Counted from the stretch's first letter, positions 9,516 to 18,796 are shown. The stretch: DNA of 64,000 nt from Pseudomonadota bacterium (GCA_040390295.1 JAZJYR010000024.1:14195-78194), one strand, 5' to 3'. Notes: a model not told the origin generated them from the letters alone. Numbers and translations are program-made.

Positions 9516-10622
9516 GTCTCAAATCTGAAGTGCAACACCTGAAGGCAAAGCCAGTAAGGTCAGCACATGAAGCCAGAGCCAAAGTACCAGCAACTTGGGA
9601 TTGAAGATCGCAGAAGCATCGCCATAGGATGCGAGCAAGGATTAAGTATTCGAGCCATTGCCCGAATACTTAATCGGTCTGCATCCACCATTAGTCGCGA
9701 GATTGCACGCAACGCGCCCTCGGGCTCATACAGTTGCACCTTTGCCCAGCAACGCTTTGTGCGCAGGCGCCGCTTTGCCAGACCCGCGCCAAAGCTGCAG
9801 GCGGGCAACGAGCTGTTTGAGCAGGTCCGCCAGATGTTGCAACTGCACTGAGCAAGTCGCCCATCATCTGGCCTTGCACAACCCGCCTCAGGCACACTGC
9901 CGTGTGTCCCACGAAACCATCTACAACGTCATTTATGCCCAGCCTCGAGGCGAGCTCAAACGCGAACTTGTGGCCTGTCTGCGCATGGCTCGCTCCAAGC
10001 GCTGGCCCCGCTCACGCGGGGTGGACAGGCGCGGCGAGATCGCCGGCCTGTTGAGCATTCACGTACGTCCGCCCGAGGTTCAGGACAGGCAGTTTCCCGG
10101 CCACTGGGAAGGTGACCTGATCAAGGGTCTGGGTAACGCCAGCGCAGTAGGCACGCTGGTCGAGCGCACCACGCGCTTGCTGATGTTGGTCAAGTTGCCC
10201 CATCCGCACCCGGCGACCGCCGCACATGTGTTGCAAGCCTTCACAGACAAACTCAATGGCATCGCCCAACCCATGCGCCAAACCTTGACCTACGACCGGG
10301 GCAAGGAGATGGCATATCACCGACAACTGACGGCCAACACGGGGGTCGCGGTGTACTTCTGTGATCCCCACAGCCCCTGGCAGCGGGGCACCAATGAAAA
10401 CACCAACGGTCTGGTACGCCAGTACTTGCCCAAGGGCACGGACCTGTCGGGCTACCCCCAGGAGCAGCTCGATGCCATTGCCGATCAGATGAATGGCAGG
10501 CCTCGAAAGACGCGGGGCTGGGCTTGGCCCCTTCAGGCATACGGCCAGTGGCTCGCCCGCCTGCAGCTCACTCCAGATACCATCCAATAAACTCAACCTC
10601 GTGTTGCACTTGGACTTGAAAC
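9516..10622 (+). mobile_element. IS30-family insertion sequence
   Basis: Terminal IRs GTCTCAAATCTGAAGTGCAACAC (left) and GTGTTGCACTTGGACTTGAAAC (right) enclose an IS30-type transposase. Confidence 0.75.
9567..10590 (+). pseudogene. IS30-family transposase, frameshifted
   Basis: The N-terminal HTH part (9567-9851, ...LSIRAIARILNRSASTISREIARN...) ends at a stop after QMLQLH. The DDE part continues in another frame (EQVAHHL...HWEGDLI...TYDRGKEM...PWQRGTNENTNG). Confidence 0.8.
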
Positions 10623-10687
10623 CGCCCTTTTCGCTATAGTTTTTGTAGCTGCTCACGTACGTATTTATTGGCCTGCAGGCCTTTTTG

Positions 10688-10720
10688 ACGCCTGAAAAGC
10701 GTCGTTTTCAGGCGTTTTTT
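10688..10720 (+). terminator. rho-independent terminator, probably the original terminator of the phosphorelay operon
   Basis: 11-bp stem ACGCCTGAAAA/TTTTCAGGCGT with a 6-nt loop, followed by TTTTT. Confidence 0.6.
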
Positions 10721-11039
10721 GCCGTTCTGGAACCGTCATTACCTCAAGATCCATGCGAATGTAAAGTCGCCTTTACATTTTGGCGGTGGAGCCGTCAGCC
10801 GGAAAAAGGGGTCTGCGCCAGCAGCGCATGCCAGGCGTCGTCGGGCTTCAGCGTGTGGCTTCGTCTCCGTCGGTGCCCGATGCTTCCTTCATCCAGGTCG
10901 TGGGCGACGTTGCGGGCCGCCACTCGCAACTTGTCACCACGCTTTTCAAAGCCGCCGATCAAAAAGTCTCGCGCAGTTTGCCAGGGCGCGCGGCGCTTTC
11001 CGCAGGATCTTCAGGGCCCGGGAAACATTCCTCTCACGC

Positions 11040-11236
11040 ACCAGGCAATTCAGGTAATTCAGGCAGCCCAGGACGCTGAGGCAATTCGGGCAGCTCGGCC
11101 AATTCAGGCAGTTGAGGTAGCTCAAGCCGGGAGAATTCAAGCCCAGCCAAATCAAGCCCAGCTAAATCATCAAGCTCAGGCAACTCAAGCACCTGATGCA
11201 ACTGATGCTCAAGCAATTCAAGCTCAAGCAACTTAG
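11040..11236. repeat. degenerate short-period repeat tract (variants of AATTCAGGC / AACTCAAGC)
   Basis: About 20 imperfect head-to-tail copies of a 6-12-nt unit are visible. Both strands give low-complexity translations (AIQAQA... and ELPELPEL...). Confidence 0.5.
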
Positions 11237-11240
11237 TCAA

Positions 11241-11590
11241 TTACAGTCGGTATGACAGATTCAGCCAGACCTTTGGCTTGGGGTCATTGACGTCGGCTTG
11301 GGGCACGCCGCCCATGTTGCTGCGCCAGGCCATGACCACATCGGCGCTCCAGGCATTCCTCTGATATCGCAATCCCAGGCCAGCACCACTCAGGCTGCGC
11401 TTGTTATTGGTCGCACCAGCAGCCGGGTTGACATTGGTCTTGATCCTGCCAACATCCCAGAACACAAAGGGCGCAAAAGCTCCTGCGCTGTAGCGAAGTT
11501 CCAGCTGGGCCAGACTGCCTTCATCGCCGCCGCCCTCGCCCGTGTCCAGCGTGACCTGGCTGCCCGCACCGAGCAACACGTCCAGACTCC
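11241..11590 (-). pseudogene. C-terminal fragment of a ShlB/FhaC/HecB-type (TpsB) outer-membrane transporter
   Basis: GDEGSLAQLELRY...FWDVGRI...LSGAGLGLRYQ...VWLNLSYRL matches the last beta-strands of Omp85/TpsB barrels. The N-terminal ~400 aa are missing, and the fragment abuts an IS fragment. Confidence 0.6.
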
Positions 11591-11593
11591 GAC

Positions 11594-11959
11594 TTGGTAA
11601 ACACGATGTTGGATGCTGCCATTGAGACGGTAGCCACCGGTGCAATCAGGCCTGTCATTCACTCTGATCGTGGGGCCCACTATCGCTGGCCAGGCTGGCT
11701 CTCACGGGTGCGCAACGCAAAGCTGATTCGTTCGATGTCGCGCAAAGGGTGTTCACCGGATAACGCAGCTTGTGAGGGCTTCTTCGGGCGATTGAAAACA
11801 GAGCTGTTCTATCCTCGGAACTGGCAGGACATTACGATTGACCAATTCATACAGGCCGTGGACTCTTATATCCGCTGGTATAACGAAAAACGCATCAAGC
11901 TCTCTCTGGGCTCACTCAGTCCCCTGGAATACCGGGCGAGCCTTGGAATCTCGACATAA
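11594..11959 (+). pseudogene. IS3-family transposase OrfB C-terminal fragment
   Basis: HSDRGAHYRW...SRKGCSPDNAACEGFFGRLKTELFY...YNEKRIKLSLGSLSPLEYR is the end of an rve integrase core. No N-terminal part is present. Confidence 0.75.
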
Positions 11960-12247
11960 CCAGCCCAAGTTTTACGCCGCACCCCCCGATTTTAACTTTA
12001 ATATAGTTTTCAACGTTTTTTTAATGCATTTGAAGAGAGTGTTGTATTCATGCCAAAAATAAGGCAGCCCCAGCATTGCTGACCTGCTCAAGAGCCGACT
12101 TGCGTTTGTTTTCGAATTCAGGCCGGGTTGTAAGAACAGTGGCGTCACGCCAGAAACAAGCTGGTTTTTTTTGGGCCGCATGGGCCAATCGATTCACGAC
12201 TGCTGCATCCTGAGGTTGAACACAAACCAGGCAAGGCCGGATACGTT

Positions 12248-14065
12248 TCATCGCACGGGGGCCTTGTCGCGCATTTCGTAAGCGTTTAATGCGGCCCGGG
12301 CATCGGGCCACTGGGAGGTGCGCGTGGAGGCCCGCCTCACCACCTTTTCCCAGCCGTCACTGAAGGTAACGCCGCCGAGGTACGCGTTCGCGAACTGATC
12401 TGCGGGCAGGCCACTGCGCTCGACTTGCGCCGCCCCGCACACCAATAACGCCCGCTCCAGACTTCGATGGGCCAACAAGGTGCCAACACCAGCCCAGGGA
12501 TGCACCGCGTCAACTTGCAGCGCAACGCCCGCCAGCATCGCTCGCTCGCTTGAGGCCCAGCCCTGTGTGGGCAGCCAGGCCAACCCGGCCATGACGTCCG
12601 CCACGACACGCAACTCATCATCGGGTACCCGCATCAGGTCCAGCGCAATCCGCCCTACCTTCGGTCCCAGTACAAGCCGGCCGACATCCTCCACAGACCA
12701 GCCAGCGACCATCAGGGCAGACAAACCCAGGGTTGTGTTGAATCCAACGAATGCGCCGCCTACCTCACGCGGGGCACGACTCAGGTCGGCGCAGAGATAG
12801 TCGGCCTCCAGCACAGGAAGGTTCAGCGTGCGAGCCAGGCTCTCGGCCATGGTACGCACATGCGGGTGTACCGACGGGGTCACATCAGCGCTTTGGCCAC
12901 CCGTAGAAAAATTTGCGTTGTTTCTGAGTCTCACCTCAAGGCCTGCCGAGACTACAGAGTCCAGTACCAGGCCCTGGGTGACGAGACATTGCCGCGCCTC
13001 GTCATCCAGAGGAATTCGCCGCAAATGGCCCCCACCAAAAAAACGCTGGGTTTCCCGCATGGAATTCTCGATTTCCACCAACTGGCGCACAGTACTGAAC
13101 CCATCGCCCACGACACACGCGACATCGCGCCGTATCGCCGCACGCAACACGCCATCCATGACCATCAGACGGTAATCATTGCCAGGCACAAAAGCTTCCA
13201 CCATCACTGCGTTTCGGCCCTCAGCACGCGCTTCGAGAAAACCAAGCCTGAGCTCCTCAAGCGTCTGGTGCCCAGCGCGAACACCTTTGGCACCACCCTG
13301 TTGAAGCGGCTTGGTTGCACAAGGAAACCCTACCTGCGCTACCGCCGCCGCAAGCTCAGATTCATCGAGAACCAGCGCATGGGCGGGGCTAGGCAGGCCC
13401 AGGGCTGCGAGAGCAGCTTTGCTGACCTCTCTCGACGCATAAATTGGTGCGCCAAACACTTCATTTTCAGCGGAACCTGATAGAAACAGCACCCGGCTGT
13501 TCACACCATGGCCAAAATGCCAGTGGCGGGATTGACCCCAGGCAGGACTATGGGGTACGTGCATGGCGCGCGCCGCTTCGATGAGAATACGTGCAAGAAA
13601 ATCGGGATGAATTTCACGACACGCGCGCCACACTGGCGCCAACTCGGATTCAAATTTTTCAGGCGTTATAGGCCCACGAGACAAGGTTTGCAGCAGACGG
13701 CCGCCAAGCTGCAAGGTCGCCAGACTCAGATCGGGCTCATGAAAACCTAGCCAGAGAGTCTGTCCACCCTGCCCTCCGTCAGTCGCCTGCACCCCTGCGG
13801 TGTGCAAAGAACCACGCATAAAATTCAAGGCTGCCAACGCCCACTGCACCAATGCCCCAGCCAGCTGGTTTGCGCCCAGCAAATCGCTGCCGGTACCGGC
13901 CCACCCGTTAAACCAGGGGGAAGACAACGCTGCAAGATCTGCCACGATACGCGGAGCGTCATCCAACAGCTCCGGGGCCACCGTCATCCCTACAACTATG
14001 ACCGGGTCACGCGAGAACGTGCTGGGCCCGTAGTAGGTGGCCCGGTACTTGAGTTCAATATTCAT
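12248..14065 (-). CDS. cyanophycin-synthetase-like protein: CphA-type N-domain plus ATP-grasp domain plus unknown C-terminal domain, no Mur-ligase module
   Basis: The N-terminus YYGPSTFSRDPVIVVGMTV resembles CphA (RGPNxWS). The ATP-grasp block CATKPLQQGGAKGV...MVEAFVPGNDYRLMVMDG...VVGDGFSTVRQLVEIEN...NNANFSTGGQSADVT...HP aligns with the CphA G-domain. Confidence 0.65.
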   Translation of the reverse strand: MNIELKYRATYYGPSTFSRDPVIVVGMTVAPELLDDAPRIVADLAALSSPWFNGWAGTGSDLLGANQLAGALVQWALAALNFMRGSLHTAGVQATDGGQGGQTLWLGFHEPDLSLATLQLGGRLLQTLSRGPITPEKFESELAPVWRACREIHPDFLARILIEAARAMHVPHSPAWGQSRHWHFGHGVNSRVLFLSGSAENEVFGAPIYASREVSKAALAALGLPSPAHALVLDESELAAAVAQVGFPCATKPLQQGGAKGVRAGHQTLEELRLGFLEARAEGRNAVMVEAFVPGNDYRLMVMDGVLRAAIRRDVACVVGDGFSTVRQLVEIENSMRETQRFFGGGHLRRIPLDDEARQCLVTQGLVLDSVVSAGLEVRLRNNANFSTGGQSADVTPSVHPHVRTMAESLARTLNLPVLEADYLCADLSRAPREVGGAFVGFNTTLGLSALMVAGWSVEDVGRLVLGPKVGRIALDLMRVPDDELRVVADVMAGLAWLPTQGWASSERAMLAGVALQVDAVHPWAGVGTLLAHRSLERALLVCGAAQVERSGLPADQFANAYLGGVTFSDGWEKVVRRASTRTSQWPDARAALNAYEMRDKAPVR

Positions 14066-16058
14066 TGCTTGGCTTGGCCTGGAGTGGTTCAGGAGAATGG
14101 GTAAAACTCTTCATGGCGTGACAGGCTGCGGCCCGGTCCAAACCCTGTGCACCAGCTACCGCCAACGCAATCAGGACATTGGTTTCTTCAAGCCCACGAT
14201 TCGTGGACGACACAGTGGACACCCCCATCAAGGGAGTCAGCACCGAACCCGCCGCATGGATAACACAGGCTCCCGTTGACAGGCGCGCCATAAACAGCGC
14301 TTCTCCGCCCAACTCACGGTGCGTCCGTATCGCCGGGTTCTGATCATCTGACGAGACGAGGATCAGACGGACTCCAGGCGATGCATGGTCTAGCATCTCG
14401 AGGCACCCTGAATCGTCGGCGTTCAGCACAACCACATCCCGCGCGCGCGATAACAACTCCCTCATAAGCGCCGCCCCCTCGCCCGGCACCTGAGTGCCGT
14501 CAATCCCGAGGCCACGCTGGACTCTGGGGATCGCCACCACGTCATATTGGTCACATGGATGGCCAAATTCGAGCGGCCAGTCGCTTGACAGCCCCATGAC
14601 GGCCGCCTCTACCGCCGGGTTTTCAAGCAAAAAGCTGGCGCCCAGAAAGCTGGACGGTTCATTGCCGCCAACAAGTTCTGCACCCACCCAGGTCCCATCG
14701 TCGGTATACAAACCGGCAATCCTCCCGGCCACGCACCAGATGTGATGCAGCATGTACGCAGCCGTCGTATCACCCTGGACACCCGTGATGACTGCATGGG
14801 GAATGCGGGGCGGCTTGTTTTGATACAACCAGTTCACCACTTCACTGCTGATATTGCGCACCGGCGTGGACATCCAGCGTACAGGGGAGCCCGATAGGGC
14901 GGTGATCTCGCAAACGACCCCGCCCACTTCAAGCCAGGGCCGGCTGATGTCAGTGCAGAGAAACTCCACCCCGGCAATACGCAGGCCTGCAGCACGCGCA
15001 GCTGCCTCCGCCAGGGCCCTGTGATCAGGGTGAACGAAAGAAGTCACATCAGCGCCGGTGCTGTCATCGCCCGCCGCCCCACCCACCACGCGCTGCGTGG
15101 CCAGGCGCAACACACCACCCACCACTCGCAACTGGTAGCGCTCGCCAGCAACATACTTCTCCAGAATCACCCGCCCGGGAGTGGACCGGTGGGCGTGGTC
15201 AAAGGCGCTCCGAAGGGCGGTCAGGTCGTAAAGGCCAGGCTCCGAAGCCTGGTCATCGTTACCATGCTTGATGACCACGGGCCAGTTGAGCCGCTGGGCT
15301 GCCTTCTCCGCAGCATCCTGCGTCGCCACAATCCATTGGGAGGGCACGGGAATACCGGCGCGACTCAATACCTGGTTTGTGAGGTGCTTATTTCTGACCA
15401 GTAGCAGTGCCAATCCGCCGGTACTGCCGGTGAAATTGCAGTCAAGATACTCGGCGTATCGCCCCTGACCCAGCTGCAGCATGCCGCGCTGGCAAGTCGT
15501 CGGGATCCCAAGGCGCCGCGCCAATGCAAAAAATCGCAGTGTGGCGGGTGCCCATCCCAACCCCAGGACTGACTTAAGCCACTGGTCCCGGGCTTCACGT
15601 ACCCCTCTCGACTCGACGCCCGGCGCGCCCCCTTGCGACCACAGAATAAGCAGGCGTGCAGCTTGCTCCAGCGCGCCCGGCAACACGTCCTGGCTCGCAT
15701 AAGGAAGGGCAAGCCTGGCAACGTTATCGCCAGACGCGAGCACTGCGCCTTGCCATACCGGCTGGCGCGCCCAGCGCTGCAGGGCAATAGTCAGGGCCAC
15801 CACCCAGAACGGAAACGCATCGAGATTCGCTGAACTGCCTTTCACCACAAAATCTGCCGGAGATCGGGGGGTAGAAAAGCCCCACATGGGGTCGCCAAGT
15901 CGCAACTCGGTCAGGTGCTTGGTGAGGCGCAGGGACCAATCGACGTGGGGTTCCAGCTGTCCGCTCCACTCCATGTCAAGCACTGCAGTTTTTTCATCCA
16001 GCCCTGCGCTGCAGCCGGGTAGAAATTTCAAGCCGGAGAAATCAACAGAGGCAATCAT
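14055..16058 (-). CDS. cyanophycin-synthetase-like protein: N-domain plus shortened ATP-grasp plus Mur-ligase-like middle domain with a degenerate P-loop
   Basis: NKHLTNQVLSRAGIPVP...WPVVIKHGNDD...ILEKYVAGERYQLRVVGG is an ATP-grasp, but the glycine-rich loop and the VGDG...STGG insert are missing. IPHAVITGVQGDTTAAYML sits where Mur ligases and CphA have TGTNGKTT. The gene overlaps the next gene by 11 nt. Confidence 0.6.
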   Translation of the reverse strand: MIASVDFSGLKFLPGCSAGLDEKTAVLDMEWSGQLEPHVDWSLRLTKHLTELRLGDPMWGFSTPRSPADFVVKGSSANLDAFPFWVVALTIALQRWARQPVWQGAVLASGDNVARLALPYASQDVLPGALEQAARLLILWSQGGAPGVESRGVREARDQWLKSVLGLGWAPATLRFFALARRLGIPTTCQRGMLQLGQGRYAEYLDCNFTGSTGGLALLLVRNKHLTNQVLSRAGIPVPSQWIVATQDAAEKAAQRLNWPVVIKHGNDDQASEPGLYDLTALRSAFDHAHRSTPGRVILEKYVAGERYQLRVVGGVLRLATQRVVGGAAGDDSTGADVTSFVHPDHRALAEAAARAAGLRIAGVEFLCTDISRPWLEVGGVVCEITALSGSPVRWMSTPVRNISSEVVNWLYQNKPPRIPHAVITGVQGDTTAAYMLHHIWCVAGRIAGLYTDDGTWVGAELVGGNEPSSFLGASFLLENPAVEAAVMGLSSDWPLEFGHPCDQYDVVAIPRVQRGLGIDGTQVPGEGAALMRELLSRARDVVVLNADDSGCLEMLDHASPGVRLILVSSDDQNPAIRTHRELGGEALFMARLSTGACVIHAAGSVLTPLMGVSTVSSTNRGLEETNVLIALAVAGAQGLDRAAACHAMKSFTHSPEPLQAKPSNEY

Positions 16059-16255
16059 GCCGCAGTGTCTTTGGTCGCAATCGGCGGGATGCCTGGAACC
16101 CTGTGCAGCCGCGACAATCCAGCGGCACTCCGTGCCACGTCAACAGTCCTCGCAGGCCCGCTGCAGCGATGTGGGTCAGGCGCCGGCCGGCGTCGCTGGC
16201 GGCTGCTCGTGTGGCGACGAGAACAACGCAGCCGATTGACCAGTCGGAGGGACAT
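16055..16255 (-). CDS. possible 66-aa Arg-rich ORF exactly filling the gap between the exported protein and the first cphA-like gene
   Basis: Its ATG overlaps the upstream stop (TGATG) and its TGA overlaps the downstream ATG (ATGA). The composition (14 Arg) is also what a spurious ORF in GC-rich DNA would look like. Confidence 0.25.
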   Translation of the reverse strand: MSLRLVNRLRCSRRHTSSRQRRRPAPDPHRCSGPARTVDVARSAAGLSRLHRVPGIPPIATKDTAA

Positions 16256-16863
16256 CAGCGGTTAAGGCGGGCCAGTTCCCGGCGCAAGGCGGCCTCGTCA
16301 TCTCGCAGTCGAAGCAGAGAAGCGCTCTGGGCTGCTCCGCCGCTGCGCTGGGCAGCCTCAAGAGCTGCCTGCGTGCTGGCCAGCTCGGACCGCAGGATGG
16401 TTTGCGCGTCCTGGTCGCGCGCGCTCTGCTCACTCGTCGGTACCCGCATGCCTGTGGCGTCGGGCGAGCGGGCAGGGGCCGCAATAGCCGGGGCAATCCG
16501 GGCTTGGACGACGGGGGCGACTTTTTGGGCGGTGGGCGTTGCAACAGATCCGGCCAGTGGCCGGTCCCCCGCAGCCATGGTCGCAGAAACAGCGGCAGGC
16601 ACGGCAGCCGCTGGCACCGGATCGGCGGACTCCAGCTCCGGCCCACCTGCCGCCTGGGTGATACGCCCGGGCATCGCGCGCGAACACCCTTTAAGAAGTG
16701 CCTGAGCCTTATCCATCTGGTTGGTGAACAAATTGCGGGGGCACTGGTAGAGCTCACCGTCCGGCGCGGCATCAGCCAGCCCTGCAGTCGAGAGCACCCA
16801 GATACACATTGCAAGGCCCACAAACCCACATCGGGCAAATCTTAGGGGTTGTTTTTGCTCCAT
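16255..16863 (-). CDS. exported protein, DUF4124-like N-terminus and Ala/Pro-rich linker with C-terminal coiled coil
   Basis: Signal peptide MEQKQPLRFARCGFVGLAMCIWVLSTAGLADA, then ELYQCPRNLFTN...GC, then a helical ARDQDAQTILRSELASTQAALEAAQ tail. The ORF is open up to 16893, and the MEQKQ start is preferred. Confidence 0.5.
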   Translation of the reverse strand: MEQKQPLRFARCGFVGLAMCIWVLSTAGLADAAPDGELYQCPRNLFTNQMDKAQALLKGCSRAMPGRITQAAGGPELESADPVPAAAVPAAVSATMAAGDRPLAGSVATPTAQKVAPVVQARIAPAIAAPARSPDATGMRVPTSEQSARDQDAQTILRSELASTQAALEAAQRSGGAAQSASLLRLRDDEAALRRELARLNR

Positions 16864-17001
16864 AATGCATTGTATTCTTTTTACCGATTTCAATGTTTTT
16901 GTGGTGTTTGTATCGATTTTTGAACCGAACTCAAGCTTGATCGGGCAGTCCAGTTTGCAGGCTTACCGCCTGAGCCGCCCCCATTTCTCCACGACCACCT
17001 C

Positions 17002-18618
17002 ATGCCCAAAACCAGCCCACTGACTTGGACATGGACGCTGCCGATGATGCTGGTGTTTTGCTGGCCCTGGACGGGCGGCCCCTCCGTGACGGTGGTGCCT
17101 TTCGCTGCGGGTTTGCTGGCGGTGGCCATTGCGGGCATGGCGCTCAAGCCCACCATTCCGCTGCGGTCCCTGGCCTGGCTATTCGCCGTGGTCGGGGCAG
17201 CCTGGCTAAGCGGCATGGGTTACCGCGAGACAGGTGCCGGCCTTGTCGCGACAGCAGTAGCCTGTGGCGTGTTGATGGCGATCGGGCGTATGGCACGAAG
17301 CCAGCGCAGCATTCCGCAGGCCCTGATGGTTGCGCTGGTGCTGGCCATGTTTTGGCACGTGCTGGTTGCCTGGATGCAGTTTTTTCACGTCGAGGGCGCA
17401 TTCCACCCACTCGCCAACCTGAATTTCACGCCGCGCCCTTACGGTAACCTGCGTCAACCCAACCACCTGGCCAGCTTTGCGCTGATCGGCCTGCTGGCGG
17501 TGTGGTGGCGCCACCAGCGCGGGCTTGATGCACGAAGCGTCACGGCCATTCTGGCCGCGCTGGCTTATTCCGGTGTGGCCCTTTCGGGTTCGCGCACAGG
17601 CCTGCTGTCCTCAACGGTCGTGGCGTTGTGTCTTTGGTTTTTGCTGAAGCGTGCGAGCCGTTTTGAACGGTGCGTCTTTCTGGCCGGCCCGCTTTGGGTG
17701 ATATTGATCGCTTTCGCCCTGCCATTCGTCGGCATGACCCCGAACCCGGAAATAACCCGTGACAATGCATCCTGGTCAGTTCGGCTAATTTACTGGCGCG
17801 AGGCTTGGAACCTCGCGTTGAGTCACCCTTTGCTGGGTGTGGGCTGGGGCGAACTGGCCCGCGCACGGTTTGAGCAGTTACCGCTGCAACCCGGGGTGCA
17901 CAACACATTCCATGCCCACAACCTGGTGCTCCACCTGCTCGCCGAAGTGGGTTTTATAGGTGCCACAGCGATCCTGGCGCCTGTGGCCTGGCTGCTCTGG
18001 CGCCAACGCCCCTGGCGTGTGATGCATGCAAGCACATGCGACAATTCTGACCTTGTATGGGCCTGGCTGGTGCTGTCGGTGGTGGGCCTGCACAGCATGG
18101 TCGAATACCCGCTGTGGTACATGCCTTTTCTGATCCCCACCGCGTTCGCCTTCGGGCTGATCATGACGGGCGGGCTTGGCGCATCAGGGCTCCGTCAGTC
18201 GGGACCGGGGTTAGCCGCTGGGGCGGGAGCGTTGCTGCTTTGCACTGTGCTGGCACTGGTGGACTATGCCGGGGTCAGCGCAGCTTATGGCGCAAAAGGG
18301 CGTTCGGTGGCCGCCCTCACCCCTTCACCGCCGACCCAAGCCACCGTGTTGTTTCAGCGCTACGCCGATCGCGACCTGCTGATGCGTACGTCGCTGACAC
18401 CGGAGAACGCGCCACAAGTACTGGCGGCCACCGAGCGCCTTTTGAGTGACGGGCCCAACCCGTTTCTGCTGTCGAGACGGCTGGCGGCCTTGTGTGAGTT
18501 GGTGCGCGAGTCCAAAGCCCGGCGGCTGGCTGCAAGATTCAAAGTGCTGTTTCAGGAGGACTACGCCAGGTTCCTCCTGACCCAAAACCCTGCTGCGCTC
18601 AAGCGCTGTGGCTTGTGA
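17002..18618 (+). CDS. O-antigen ligase / PglL-type O-oligosaccharyltransferase family membrane protein (Wzy_C plus C-terminal polymerase-associated domain)
   Basis: About 10 or more TM segments. SGSRTGLLS and HAHNLVLHLLAEVGFIGA are typical of the Wzy_C/PglL/PilO family. The soluble C-terminal tail resembles that of pilin-glycosylation ligases. Confidence 0.7.
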   Translation: MPKTSPLTWTWTLPMMLVFCWPWTGGPSVTVVPFAAGLLAVAIAGMALKPTIPLRSLAWLFAVVGAAWLSGMGYRETGAGLVATAVACGVLMAIGRMARSQRSIPQALMVALVLAMFWHVLVAWMQFFHVEGAFHPLANLNFTPRPYGNLRQPNHLASFALIGLLAVWWRHQRGLDARSVTAILAALAYSGVALSGSRTGLLSSTVVALCLWFLLKRASRFERCVFLAGPLWVILIAFALPFVGMTPNPEITRDNASWSVRLIYWREAWNLALSHPLLGVGWGELARARFEQLPLQPGVHNTFHAHNLVLHLLAEVGFIGATAILAPVAWLLWRQRPWRVMHASTCDNSDLVWAWLVLSVVGLHSMVEYPLWYMPFLIPTAFAFGLIMTGGLGASGLRQSGPGLAAGAGALLLCTVLALVDYAGVSAAYGAKGRSVAALTPSPPTQATVLFQRYADRDLLMRTSLTPENAPQVLAATERLLSDGPNPFLLSRRLAALCELVRESKARRLAARFKVLFQEDYARFLLTQNPAALKRCGL

Positions 18619-18796
18619 AGCGGGGGTGGCGCCTGCAGCGAGTGGGTACCGTCGCCAGACCCGCGACACCGCAGCCTGCGACGTCTGCCTGCGCCGTCTC
18701 TGGTGATGTTGTGTTGCGCTGTGTCGCGTTTGAAGAGTTTTGCGTTGGGGATTTTTACTCCCTTGAACGGTAACGATTCTGAATAAGGAAAACCAC

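Noticed and set aside
9440-9516. A tRNA-like T-arm sequence (GGTTCGAGT on the minus strand) lies just left of the IS30 end and might have been another att or tRNA fragment.
   Set aside because: The flanking bases do not pair into a T-stem or an acceptor stem. I could not draw a cloverleaf.
11040-11236. The repeat tract was considered as a possible CRISPR array.
   Set aside because: The units are 6-12 nt, degenerate and contiguous. There are no 25-40-nt repeats separated by unique spacers, and no cas genes.
10685-11240. The 183-aa plus-strand ORF and the 68-aa minus-strand ORF (ELPELPEL...) over the repeat tract were considered as genes, the latter as a TpsA partner of the TpsB fragment.
   Set aside because: Both are products of the repeat itself. 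There is no signal peptide or TPS domain, and the composition is not protein-like.
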